Positions 11,218 to 21,379 of a stretch of DNA of 64,000 nt are shown here, piece after piece. A model generated the notes under the pieces. That model worked only from the letters and a program-made list of their open reading frames with translations, was not told the origin of the DNA and ran no database searches. A program made the position numbers and the translations under genes. Numbering within the stretch: the stretch's first letter is position 1; each line of letters opens with the position of its first letter. The DNA comes from an uncultured Pseudobdellovibrionaceae bacterium (lineage in GTDB: Bacteria > Bdellovibrionota > Bdellovibrionia > Bdellovibrionales > UBA1609). Where the stretch lies: contig CAWDNU010000001.1 in NCBI GenBank assembly GCA_963803705.1, forward strand, positions 64,001 to 128,000, given 5' to 3'.

Positions 11218-11516
11218 TATTTACCACCTTTATGATAGAGTTTTATCGTCGTGCGACTATAGAAATATAAGCAAATTTCAAGCCTTGTCACTATTCCTAG
11301 ACCCCTGTGTTTCAATATGGGACCTATAAATGAAATGACAAGGTCCTTACACTTTTAAAGTTTATAAACTGTGTGCTATTGAAACAGTAAAAAGTACGAG
11401 GCAAGATACATTTGCTGTCGTTATATTTGACTGATGACGTTTTTTGTTAACAATACTAAATATCAGTTTGAAACATGTGATTATCCAAGTTCAAAAAATC
11501 TACGGAGAAAATAAAT

Positions 11517-12992
11517 ATGAAGTTTAGTTTAGAAAAAAAAGGTTTCGAAAATTTAAGTAACAAATCTTTAGTTCTTTTTAGCGATGATAAGAAAAAAGTA
11601 CTTACAGCGGACGTGAAGCTCGACAAAGATTTTCTTGAATATGATTTGGGTAAGAAAAAGTCCGTAACAAGTTTTTTAAATACGGATTTAAATGTTTACA
11701 AAAATGTTTTTTTGGCAGGATTGGGTGACCTTAGCGATTTAAGTGGTGAAGATGTTCGCAGAACAGCTGCCCAGGTTTTTAAAACTTTGAAAGCAAATAA
11801 AATTACCAAGCTTACCGTTGCAGCACCTTCTAAAGTAAATAAGTCTATTGACCAAAATCAGTTTCTTGCAAAATTTACTCAGGGCTTAATGATTTCAGAT
11901 TTTACTTATGACGAAAATAAAACTGAAAAAAAAGAGAAAGAGTTTGCATTACAAATTACCTATTCCAACGTGTCAGATTTAAAAAAAGCAAAAGACGCAC
12001 TGTCTGAGGCACAAATTGTAGCTGAGCAGGTCAATTTCGCTCGGTATTTAGGAGACGCGCCAGGGAACATGATGACTCCTTCAATACTGGCAAGGAAAAC
12101 TGAAGAAGCTGCAAAAGGAACTGGAATCAAAGTAACTGTCTGGGATAAAACCAAAATTAAGAAAGAAAAATTTGGAGGTCTTTACGGAGTTTCACAAGGT
12201 AGTGATCAAGAGCCAAAGTTTATTATTATGGAGTACAAAGGTGGTCCTACCTCAAAAGCTCCGATTTGCTTCGTGGGTAAAGGCTTAACTTTTGATGCTG
12301 GTGGAATATCGATCAAACCTGGCGCTGGCATGGATGAAATGAAATATGACATGTGCGGTTCGGCAGCTGTTATCGGCGCGACTTTAGCCATTGCGCGATT
12401 GAAACTTAAAGTGAACGTATTAACTTTTGTGCCGAGCACAGAAAATTTGTTAGGTGGTTCAGCCACAAAGCCAGGTGACATCCACACCTTCAGAAACGGC
12501 AAGACAGCCGAAATTTTGAATACTGATGCAGAGGGACGCTTGATTCTAGCTGACGCACTATCTTATGCTTCAGAAAAAAAACCTCAGGTTATTTTTGACA
12601 CCGCTACTCTAACAGGCGCCATGGTGGTGGCTTTAGGAAATTGTCACACTGGATTTTTTACTAAAGACAACGACTTAGCCAGAACTATTGAAAAATCTGG
12701 CGAGACTTCTGAAGAAAACCTATGGAGAATGCCACTGACCTCTGAACATACAGATGATATCAAGGGTAAGTTTGCTGATCTTCAAAATATTGGTTCTTCA
12801 AAGGGCGCTGGCAGCGCGACTGCTGCCGCTTTCTTATCTGAATTCGTTGATAAAAAAATTCCTTGGGCGCATTTTGACATCGCTGGAACAGCATGGAATT
12901 GTGGCAACCGAAGAGAGTACTTACCGACAAAAGGCGCATCAGGCGTTTTAGTAAGAACTTTCGTGGAATTAGCTAAATCTTATGCAAAGTAA
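11517..12992 (+). CDS. pepA: Leucyl aminopeptidase (M17)
   Basis: VGKGLTFDAGG, MKYDM, NTDAEGRL and ATLTGA. Confidence 0.95.
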   Translation: MKFSLEKKGFENLSNKSLVLFSDDKKKVLTADVKLDKDFLEYDLGKKKSVTSFLNTDLNVYKNVFLAGLGDLSDLSGEDVRRTAAQVFKTLKANKITKLTVAAPSKVNKSIDQNQFLAKFTQGLMISDFTYDENKTEKKEKEFALQITYSNVSDLKKAKDALSEAQIVAEQVNFARYLGDAPGNMMTPSILARKTEEAAKGTGIKVTVWDKTKIKKEKFGGLYGVSQGSDQEPKFIIMEYKGGPTSKAPICFVGKGLTFDAGGISIKPGAGMDEMKYDMCGSAAVIGATLAIARLKLKVNVLTFVPSTENLLGGSATKPGDIHTFRNGKTAEILNTDAEGRLILADALSYASEKKPQVIFDTATLTGAMVVALGNCHTGFFTKDNDLARTIEKSGETSEENLWRMPLTSEHTDDIKGKFADLQNIGSSKGAGSATAAAFLSEFVDKKIPWAHFDIAGTAWNCGNRREYLPTKGASGVLVRTFVELAKSYAK

Positions 12993-13063
12993 TTTGAATA
13001 AAACTATTTGGATTAAATAAACAGTTTTTGTTAAAGTCCAAAAAAATTAGTTCTAAATTCTTA

Positions 13064-13085
13064 AGCCTCAGCATAAGCTGAAGCT
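13064..13085. terminator. Hairpin between convergent pepA and the island gene
   Basis: AGCCTCAGC-ATAA-GCTGAAGCT, with a weak U-tract. Confidence 0.3.
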
Positions 13086-13123
13086 CTGAAATTAAATGCA
13101 AACTTCCCAGTTAACTAAGAGGA

Positions 13124-14404
13124 TTAATTCAATATCCTTAGATGGCTGTAGTCCACAACCCAAGTGTCACTAGTGTCAATATTCACAAGTAAAAATCTTG
13201 GATATTCTTGACTCCATCTATCTAGAAATTTTTGTAAACCTGAGACCTCAAGTTGAGAAATTGATTGGATTTTTGATGGAAAGATAGAGTCTAGTTCGTT
13301 TACTCTTTGACCTCCTGCCCACACGAATCTTCTCGCTACATTACAATTTGAAATACTGATTTTCTTTATAAGATAAAAATCAAACATCTTACACGAATAT
13401 TTGTTTCCGCCTGAAATGAAATGAACTGTATACTCATCGTTGAAATATGGGCTCATTGGAGCATCAAAATTTCTTCTATCCAAAGCTTTATTGACAAAAT
13501 CTAGATTCCAGCTCTCTTCACTTTCAAGTTGGGTTGTAAAGATATCTTCAGTTCCAAACCATTTCCTTAAACCTTCATTCAAAAGATTTGTTAATGCCAT
13601 ATCTGAAAGAGGAGATTTAATATTTCTTCCCAAAAGGCTACCGTCATTTCTAGCTTTGATAGTTTCAATTCGTTTGTCTAATTCTTCATTTTGTGTTTTC
13701 GATACTTTCGGTTTAGCAAATATCTCAGAATTTTTTTCGGGCTTTACACTGCCAGAATTTGAAGCTTTATTTGGCGCTAATCCAGCCACGCAAGCAAATT
13801 CAGATTTTAAGATAGCATCTGCAGCAACGACTTTTGCTATCGTACTTTGATTAAAGTAAATTCTTAATCTCTTATCCGAAAATAATTCTAGGGTTTCCGG
13901 CTTTTCATAGTCACCGTCCCAAACTAATTGATGTATGAACAAACTGTGTTCTTCAACTCTGACGTTAGCAGTTACATCGTATTGAGTGGAAAGCAGTCTC
14001 TTCTCTGTCGAATCAAAATATGTATCTACACTTATAGATCCAAAATGGACATAATTATCAGAAGGCCTTTGGCTGGCACCATAAGAAATCGAGTAACCAC
14101 TACCTTTTAATTCTATTGCAGGACTCAAGCTAGGAATAAGATGGATCGATAAGCCTCTTTCGTTCGTAAAACCAACCTCATCACTATTTTGAGACGTTAT
14201 TGCTATCGAACATGGTTGATTGGGATGTGATTCGATATAGCCAGGAAGAATTACAAGCTGCGGATCAGACTTCTGATTAAATCCTGCCAATTTATCAATT
14301 GTTTCAACAAACATTTTTCCAGGCATCTCTACTGAATAAACATTACAACTTAGAAACAGAACAACAAAATTAATATTCAATAAATTTAAACTAAAATTTT
14401 TCAT
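13124..14404 (-). CDS. Secreted hypothetical protein
   Basis: 426-aa ORF with a signal-peptide-like N-terminus and an AAGGA RBS. No recognised domain. Confidence 0.7.
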   Translation of the reverse strand: MKNFSLNLLNINFVVLFLSCNVYSVEMPGKMFVETIDKLAGFNQKSDPQLVILPGYIESHPNQPCSIAITSQNSDEVGFTNERGLSIHLIPSLSPAIELKGSGYSISYGASQRPSDNYVHFGSISVDTYFDSTEKRLLSTQYDVTANVRVEEHSLFIHQLVWDGDYEKPETLELFSDKRLRIYFNQSTIAKVVAADAILKSEFACVAGLAPNKASNSGSVKPEKNSEIFAKPKVSKTQNEELDKRIETIKARNDGSLLGRNIKSPLSDMALTNLLNEGLRKWFGTEDIFTTQLESEESWNLDFVNKALDRRNFDAPMSPYFNDEYTVHFISGGNKYSCKMFDFYLIKKISISNCNVARRFVWAGGQRVNELDSIFPSKIQSISQLEVSGLQKFLDRWSQEYPRFLLVNIDTSDTWVVDYSHLRILN

Positions 14405-14439
14405 TTTTTTTCCTTGTAATTGAAGTTCATATTAAACTG

Positions 14440-14455
14440 AGCAAAAATAATACCA
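14440..14455 (-). promoter_or_regulatory. Putative sigma54 promoter
   Basis: TGGTAT-TATTT-TTGCT (GG-N10-GC) 35 bp upstream of the 14404 start. Confidence 0.55.
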
Positions 14456-14514
14456 AAGCAGAAGTCGACCCTTCTGATTACATCGGTTGTCTAAAATTCC
14501 TTTTAAGTTCAATT

Positions 14515-14550
14515 GTTTAGGTTTAGGTTTAGGTTTAGGTTTAGGTTTAA
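14515..14550. repeat. Hexamer tandem repeat (GTTTAG)5 plus GTTTAA
   Basis: Read directly from the sequence. Confidence 0.95.
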
Positions 14551-14749
14551 ATTTAAAAAATTCAAGTTGAATAATTCGGTGTAAAATTAATAGACAATAT
14601 GGTCCTAATGGTCACCTTTTCTTCCCTCTTACCTGATGTAATTACCAAGCGATTCTGTCCTTACGTAATTCCCAAGGGATTTTGACCGCAGAGATGTACC
14701 CATCTGATACGATTTTGTTCTTAAATCGAAATTAGGAGGGGCATCAAGG

Positions 14750-15820
14750 ATGGGTTTTGTTTTGAGAGCAAGGGATCAGTTAAAAATTGAGATTATGTTT
14801 AAAGTGTCAAAAGGTGAAATTAGAACTATTGATGCGTGTTCAATTTTAAAAGTTTCAGAAAGAACTCTAAGACGATATTTAAAGTCCTTCCGAGAAAAAG
14901 GCATTTATTTTATCAAGCATGGCAACTGTGGAAATATCCCAAGAAACAAAATATCTGATGCTATAAAATAGCATACCCAGGCTTTAATTAAGCAGCGCTA
15001 TTTTGATTTTAACATGAGTCATTTAAGAGAAAAATTAATTGAAGAGTTTAACATTACTATCAAGTAGGGAAACTTTAAGAAAATGGTGTCACGAGATCGG
15101 TTACGTAAAACATGCCCAAAAAAGAAGGAATAAGCCAAAATACTATCGCCAAAGAATGAGCCAAAAGGGCTTGCTGCTTCAAATGGATGGAAGTCACCAT
15201 AAGTGGTTTTCAGAGCGTACCACGTGCCTTATGGCGGTCATAGATGACGCCACAAATGAAGTCTATGCCAGATTTTATGACGGTGAGACCACGGTTGCTT
15301 GCATGGATTTTTAAGACGCCACATTGAAAAGTATGGTGTTTGCACGTCGTACTATACGGATAAAGCCGGGCTATTTGGTGGCATAAAGCCAAGTAACTTT
15401 TCACAAGTTGAAAGGGCTTTAGGTGAGGTGGGCAGCCAAATCGTATACGCTCATACACCAGAAGCTAAAGGCCGTGTTGAAAGACTGTTTAAGACCTTAC
15501 AAGACAGGCTGATTCCAGAGCTAAGGCTTAAAGGAATTACGACCATGAAAGAAGCCAATTATTTTTTAGAAACCACTTATCTGCAATATCGTCATAATCA
15601 AAAATATATGGTTAGAGCCCATAACCCTCTCAGTGCCTATAAAAGCCTGGCAGGTAAAATTGATTTAAGTGATGTGTTTTGTCTTAAGGAATTTAGAGTT
15701 GTCGGCAGAGATCACACTGTAAGTATTAATGGCGTTAGGTACTATATCGCAGACGAATTAAGGCACTCTATTCACAAACAAAAGCTTCAAAAACAAAGAT
15801 TAAAAGGCAAGTTTTACTGA
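14750..15820 (+). pseudogene. IS1202/ISNCY DDE transposase: nonsense TAG at 14969, frameshifts near 15060 and 15310, probably 3'-truncated
   Basis: HTH (SERTLRR...HGN), LQMDGSHHKWF, IDDAT, YTDK and PEAKGRVERLFKTLQDRL. Confidence 0.9.
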
Positions 15821-16089
15821 ACGAATTTAAAATAAGAAACGAGCATTGCTGTGCTCAACTATGCTTATTAAAACTAAAAACTTTTTGATCAATGACAAAG
15901 GCTATTCGAATGTAAAAGACTTTGTGAGTGCGTTAAAAGTGATTGCCTGAGTCGTGCAGCCAACAGACATATGGAGCACGTGAATTCAAGATCATTTAAG
16001 CTGGCATATTTGATACATCTTTGCTGCTTTCAAAATGGTAAAATATATGTGACTCTAATTCTCTCAAGGGCAAATCAGATATCCTTTTT

Positions 16090-16719
16090 TTATTCTTTAC
16101 ATTCAATTCTTTCACCAAAATCATTTTCTATTAAATTATTATTTGGTGAATCAATAATTAAAGAGAAATATCCTGGGAGATTTATGGGGGAAACGTTTTT
16201 GTAAACGCCATTAGATTTTTCTATTTTGAATATTTCTGCGCCTTCCTCTAAACGAAATCCATCTAAAGTCCACACGGTACTGTAATCCTCACCAGTAATT
16301 TCTCTATCAATATAAACAAAATCCGTCTTGCTATTTACAAAACCCTTAAAGATTGTAGATTCGTTTGACTCATGAATCTCGATATCCAAAATTGTGCTTG
16401 GTATGGGAAGAAAGCTAGAGGTTGTACTCTTCGTTTCCTGATAAAATCCTAATTTTAAATAAACATCTTTATAAAATGTGATTGATGATCCATTAATTGA
16501 ATCAGTTTTATAAGCTTCATCCAGAGTAACCAAACTGTAAAAAAAACTAGCTTTATCACTTACTTTGTTTTTACATATAATTAAATCATTACTATCTGCT
16601 AAAGAGCGCATCATGTCGTAACCCAAGTTTGGATCCAACGTAATCCGGTCGTTTTTATTAGAGCTGCAAGCATTCAAAAAGATTAATAAAGAAATTAGAG
16701 TAATAAAGGTGCGTCTCAT
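16090..16719 (-). CDS. Hypothetical lipoprotein (passenger gene inside the IS ends)
   Basis: Lipobox FLNAC-S, GAAGGA RBS and an intact 209-aa ORF. Confidence 0.75.
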   Translation of the reverse strand: MRRTFITLISLLIFLNACSSNKNDRITLDPNLGYDMMRSLADSNDLIICKNKVSDKASFFYSLVTLDEAYKTDSINGSSITFYKDVYLKLGFYQETKSTTSSFLPIPSTILDIEIHESNESTIFKGFVNSKTDFVYIDREITGEDYSTVWTLDGFRLEEGAEIFKIEKSNGVYKNVSPINLPGYFSLIIDSPNNNLIENDFGERIECKE

Positions 16720-17124
16720 ATTTTTTCCTTCAACAAATGTTAGTTAACCAAAAGTATTTGAATTTACGTTAAAAGTAAATGCTTTAAACCTAATAAATCA
16801 TACAGAGACACATTGGAGCTGACCAAACCGCCCATTTTATGGCCGTAAAATGTCAACCAGAAAACCTAGCTTTTTAATCAAGGTTCTTTATTGGACTAAT
16901 AAAATATGGGTATGACGCCGATAGGCTGTCAGAATCGATTGGAACTAATTAGGTCAATTTACCCTGGGAAAGACACTTTCCTCTTACCTGATCTCTAAAC
17001 CCTTTTAAAGGGTCTTCTGTAGTTTCCATTCTGGCGAATTACCAGTTCAATAGTATTTAAGCGTTGCCAGATGCGTAATCAATCGCAAAGTGTGCGCGCC
17101 AATCAAGAAGCATGACTGTAAATT

Positions 17125-20100
17125 TTATTTGGCTCTTTCGGAATAACGTTCGATCCACCATTCCCTATATTTTTCAAAGTACTCGAGCGGACATTTTAAA
17201 TTATCTCTGTCTCCATCATAGCAAGCTACTAGAGCATCCGAAGCAAACTGGTCCTGATCGAAATATCGATAAAGGTTGTGGGTCAAGTCCGAGCTCATAG
17301 GATATTCTATATCGTATCTGCTTATATATTTTTTGAAACTCCAATTAGGTTTTAATCCATTGATGATTTCACGGTAAGCAACCGCTTTGTAAGAGTTATC
17401 GTCGAACTCCAGGGGAATTCCCCTGGCTATTTCTTTTTTAGCATGCAGAATTGCATCGTCTATCGATACCAAGATAGCTTTCAATCGATCCTCGTCTCCC
17501 ATTTCAAAAAAGGTTGATCTTTTGGAAATGTGATCAATTCGAGCTGAACCTACAACAAGATCTCCACCGATTAAATATGGCGGAAAGGCATTGGCGACAA
17601 CGTCTTCAATACTTTTTCTTTGTAAGTGATGAACCGCCACTGCAACTGCAGTCTCATCAGGTCTGTAAGTTGAAATCATATGCAGAATGTTTTTCCAATA
17701 CTTAGGTTCAATGATAACCTCTTGTCTTGGGTCAATGTCAGTATTTACAATAACCAAATTCTTCTGAGCGTCAGGTGATCCATTCATCAAAACTTGATCC
17801 GTTAACAATGAAGGTTGAAGGTTTTCTAGATTAACATTATCTGGCAATTGAACAGAGTTTCTTCGCGTTGTCTGATCCAGACCAGCTTGTTCGTGCAAAG
17901 AATTGCCCTTAAAGTTTTTCAGATCTTTGGCAGTCGTATCATTAAATTGGGTCTTTTCTAGCTCCGACAATCCACCTTGGCCTTCACCGCAGTTGATGAC
18001 TAGTACTCCTCGCATCACATAGCCTTTTTCATCAGGGCGACAAGGTGCTGCATTAACTTTAGGTAAGTTTATTTTCGGTAATAATTCCACATAGTTTTTA
18101 GGTCCACGAAGAGATGCGTTTAAGTCTTTGAATAGCACTGGTACGAAGGGTCTCACTTTGCCAAACGTAATGTCCTCTTCGGATTCAGGACCTGTAAAAA
18201 AGTAATTTGGATTGAAGAGTAGATAATCAATCACATCAGAAAAAAGTCTACTGAAAGGTTTATGCAAATCCTTGTCAATGTAATCAAGTACTTCTTTCAT
18301 ACTCATTAGATTTCCACTGACGTCTATGAAATTTAGCTCAATGCCAGGGCTATTATTTTCTATTTCGGTGAGCGCATCTATCACTACACTTGGATTTTCT
18401 GAAATAATTTTCTTAAATTCGATCAGAGGATTGAAGTAGGTTTTTAAAGATGGAATAACACTATTAGTAATAACAACGTCATTTAGCTTTTGCCTACCGG
18501 AATTACAATAAGCCAGAGTATTTTTTACTATGTAGTAGTACATCAAAGATGAATATCTAAATCTTTCTAACGCTCGCGGATCTGCGGATTGCATAAGTAG
18601 AGCTTGCTTTACTGAACCTGAAAACATAATTTCGATCTTTTGTGCGGACTTTATGATTTCATTATTGAAATACGAGATTACGAACTTATACCGTTCAACC
18701 ATACTTAAGCTAAGTATTTTTAGATATGTTTCTTCATCACCAATCACCAAACTTATGCCGTAGGGGTCAATATTGTCGAGACTAATTCCTAAAGATGATG
18801 GTTTGTGGCTAAGCTTTATGGGCGGTAAGATTCGGCAGTCACTACTTTTTTTTAGGTCTTCAAAAATTAAATTTGAAGCTTGGTTGGAGTGAGGATAAAT
18901 TCCAAGAAAGTCCAATATTGGAGCTTTTGAAAAATGATCTGCAAATTTCTTATGATTGATATTATTGGACTCGAAGTCTTCAACTATTTTAAGATCAGAG
19001 GGATTAAGTTGATCTTTTATATTGCTGTATTCTGGGACAAAGCTTTCTTTCTTCTTAACGATTAATTGAGCGATCCCCCCACCAATTGAAGACAAGATTC
19101 CACCCGCTTTTGATAATAGTCCTGGGTCTTTTGATTTGGTATCACCATAGTTCGCAACTCGACCGCTGTTGTCAGCGTGATCAGGTGCTGAACCGCTAAA
19201 ACTTTTACAAGAACTCATATCCCCAAAATATACGAGTTGATCACGAGTGGCATACCCAAGGTCAAAACCCGAAATACAAATAGTCGGTTTGAACAAATAT
19301 TGGGGTTTGTACCTTTCAAGAAAGTCTTTTTCATATGCAAAGAATGCTGTGTCATATCCCCTTAAGGTCATAAAAACAAATTCTTTCCAAGGAGCTATAG
19401 CTGCTTTCTTGTCGCTTGGTGAACCGTAAGTTAAATCAAAAACTTTTTCTTGATTTTCATCGTATAAAACTGGTCTTACATGGTTTCGGAATAATTCGAC
19501 GGACAGTACCCAATTTTTAGGGAACTGTATCTCGGCATCCACCATAATTGATAAAAATAAAGAGGTCTCACCAATACAATTGGTGCATTTGGAAATAAGT
19601 GCATCGCTCAATAAAGTCTTGGGACCGCAATAGTCGATGTTTTCCTGATCGTCGTTATAAATTATTTCAAGAATCTCTTTCCAAAAAGTAAAGAAGCGAT
19701 CGGGAGTAGAGTTCAGTCTTTGAGCTTGAGTCACTTTTGCTAATATAGAATTGTATTTAGCAATGACTTCGTTGAAGTTAAAGGTTTTACCGTACTTTTG
19801 ATAAAGATAAATATGTTCCATACGAATGATGGTTTCACCCAAACTCATTTCAGATTGACCAGTACTTAAATATTTAAAAGCAGAAATAGCTCCTCGTCTT
19901 TGAAATAGGAACATATTTTTAGAAGCTCTTAAATCAGAACAATTAAATCTTTCTTGAAATTCAGCCATCGACTTGAAATTTATAACTAACGGATAGGACT
20001 TTGAACTTTGATTTACACTTTCATGCTCCTTGGATGAAAAGTAGACTTTTGGATTTTCATCATCAAGGGTCAAGATAAATTCGTGCTGGTTGATTATGAA

Positions 20101-20346
20101 TTGAAAGTCTTGATCGCTAGAATCGACAGACAGTGTTTCAATCTGAGACAAACTCATGTTGCGATCTGCGATTTGGTCTTGAATAAAAAATTGTAGTTCT
20201 GCATTTAAATCTTTGGGAATAGCGACATCACATGTCGTGTTTGCGGCAGCTACTGATAGATACATCGATAGAAATACAGTCAAGATATTTACATATGTAA
20301 AAATAGACGACACTCTATTAGCTTTTAAGAGCAGATTATTCTTCAT
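17125..20346 (-). CDS. Large secreted protein with a transglutaminase-like Cys-His-Asp core
   Basis: Likely start MKNNLLLK at 20346, with a signal or TM segment ending VAAA. Core reads KCTNCIGETSLF...ELFRNHVRPVLYD...VFDLTYG. Confidence 0.6.
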   Translation of the reverse strand: MKNNLLLKANRVSSIFTYVNILTVFLSMYLSVAAANTTCDVAIPKDLNAELQFFIQDQIADRNMSLSQIETLSVDSSDQDFQFIINQHEFILTLDDENPKVYFSSKEHESVNQSSKSYPLVINFKSMAEFQERFNCSDLRASKNMFLFQRRGAISAFKYLSTGQSEMSLGETIIRMEHIYLYQKYGKTFNFNEVIAKYNSILAKVTQAQRLNSTPDRFFTFWKEILEIIYNDDQENIDYCGPKTLLSDALISKCTNCIGETSLFLSIMVDAEIQFPKNWVLSVELFRNHVRPVLYDENQEKVFDLTYGSPSDKKAAIAPWKEFVFMTLRGYDTAFFAYEKDFLERYKPQYLFKPTICISGFDLGYATRDQLVYFGDMSSCKSFSGSAPDHADNSGRVANYGDTKSKDPGLLSKAGGILSSIGGGIAQLIVKKKESFVPEYSNIKDQLNPSDLKIVEDFESNNINHKKFADHFSKAPILDFLGIYPHSNQASNLIFEDLKKSSDCRILPPIKLSHKPSSLGISLDNIDPYGISLVIGDEETYLKILSLSMVERYKFVISYFNNEIIKSAQKIEIMFSGSVKQALLMQSADPRALERFRYSSLMYYYIVKNTLAYCNSGRQKLNDVVITNSVIPSLKTYFNPLIEFKKIISENPSVVIDALTEIENNSPGIELNFIDVSGNLMSMKEVLDYIDKDLHKPFSRLFSDVIDYLLFNPNYFFTGPESEEDITFGKVRPFVPVLFKDLNASLRGPKNYVELLPKINLPKVNAAPCRPDEKGYVMRGVLVINCGEGQGGLSELEKTQFNDTTAKDLKNFKGNSLHEQAGLDQTTRRNSVQLPDNVNLENLQPSLLTDQVLMNGSPDAQKNLVIVNTDIDPRQEVIIEPKYWKNILHMISTYRPDETAVAVAVHHLQRKSIEDVVANAFPPYLIGGDLVVGSARIDHISKRSTFFEMGDEDRLKAILVSIDDAILHAKKEIARGIPLEFDDNSYKAVAYREIINGLKPNWSFKKYISRYDIEYPMSSDLTHNLYRYFDQDQFASDALVACYDGDRDNLKCPLEYFEKYREWWIERYSERAK

Positions 20347-20359
20347 GTAGTTATAGACT

Positions 20360-20374
20360 CCAAGTTGCGTGCCA
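20360..20374 (-). promoter_or_regulatory. Putative sigma54 promoter (imperfect -12)
   Basis: TGGCACG-CAAC-TTGG, 13 bp before the ATG at 20346. Confidence 0.4.
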
Positions 20375-20656
20375 CAAAAATTTTTTGGAGCGGAAGTTAA
20401 TATACAAATCGAATCGAAGAGGATAAGACAATCAATAGCTATTTTTGAGCTCATCTTTTTTTGAAGCTTGGATATTGGTTATCCGACGGTTCAACCGAAA
20501 GGAGTGAAGTGGTTTGATAACGAATCTAATTAGAGCGTGCGACAGCATCTCGGATCTCATTTTTTATGGCATCAAAATCTATTTCATCTGCAATAACAAA
20601 TTACTGAAATGCAACTACTGCGTAATCAAAATGTAGGCATGAAGGATTTCATTTTT

Positions 20657-20881
20657 ATGATAAAAATATTAGTAGTCGACAAAGATTTAGAGTTATTGGA
20701 CTTCATGTCTGAAGAATTAACTGATTTTGAGGTTAAAATAGCTTCTTATTGCAATTGTGTAATGGGTCTCTTAAGTGAAGATAAATTTATTCCAGACATG
20801 GTAACATCAGATTCTGACTTGGGTGAAGGATTCAATGGAATTGATGTTCTAAATTTTTTTCGTAAAAGAAGGTATGGATGA
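20657..20881 (+). pseudogene. Truncated response-regulator receiver domain
   Basis: KILVVDKD...PDMVTSD...NGIDVL. It ends where the IS110 end-like sequence begins. Confidence 0.65.
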
Positions 20882-21270
20882 CCGCCGCATCTTGTAAACA
20901 TGGGACTGATTACCCTAATTGGATTACATAAGTGATCTAAACGAAATTACGGAGGCCACCCAGATGGAGAAGTTAATGCACGTAGAGGATTAGATGTCGA
21001 TGATAAGAATTTCACAGCAGCGCTATTAGCCGGTGACACTGGGGAATTATTTAATTTTCGCACTAAGCCACAATTTTCAAGCCTAACTAATAAGCTTTCT
21101 AAATTCGAAGAACAAGGCTACAAAATCAAGCTTTGCTATGAGGCCTCTTATATAGGGTTTTCATTAAAAAGAAAACTTGATGAGACAAATATACACTGTG
21201 ATGTGATGTCATCTCACCTTCCCAAATCCCAGAGTTGGCTTCTGACAGGGTTAAAACAGACAGGCTTGGT
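20873..21270 (+). mobile_element. IS110/IS1111-family remnant: left end plus a degraded N-terminal RuvC-like recombinase fragment (ATG at 20964)
   Basis: Reading across frameshifts gives MEKLMHV-GLDVDDKNF...LCYEASYIGFSLKRKL...PSQIP...DRVKTDRL. There is a GGAGG RBS. Confidence 0.8.
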
Positions 21271-21379
21271 CCAAAGTGTTACCCACCTTAGAAAGCTCTA
21301 CCATCAATCTATAACTTACACACTAGTACGTGCATGATCTAGAAAAATTTATTGATCCAATTAGATACAACCTATTAAC

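Larger units (their letters stand above)
14637..16975 (+). mobile_element. IS1202/ISNCY-family element carrying a passenger gene, with a 16-bp target-site duplication
   Basis: Starts TGT and ends ACA, with repeated CCAAnnGATTyTGwC-like sites at both ends. Flanks are CTTCCCTCTTACCTGA (14621-14636) and CTTTCCTCTTACCTGA (16976-16991). Confidence 0.85.

Noticed and set aside
14515..14550. Telomere-like repeat or CRISPR array
   Set aside because: Only six contiguous hexamers, internal to the contig, with no spacers and no cas genes.
14580..14636. dif/Xer-site targeting by the IS1202-family element
   Set aside because: No dif-like XerC/XerD site is visible beside either end, and the long DR fits a non-Xer-targeting subgroup.
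6201..14971. Genome-wide TAG recoding, suggested by in-frame TAGs at 6201 and 14969
   Set aside because: TAG terminates normal genes in this window at their expected ends (ndk, tolB, hicA, hicB), so it is an ordinary stop codon.
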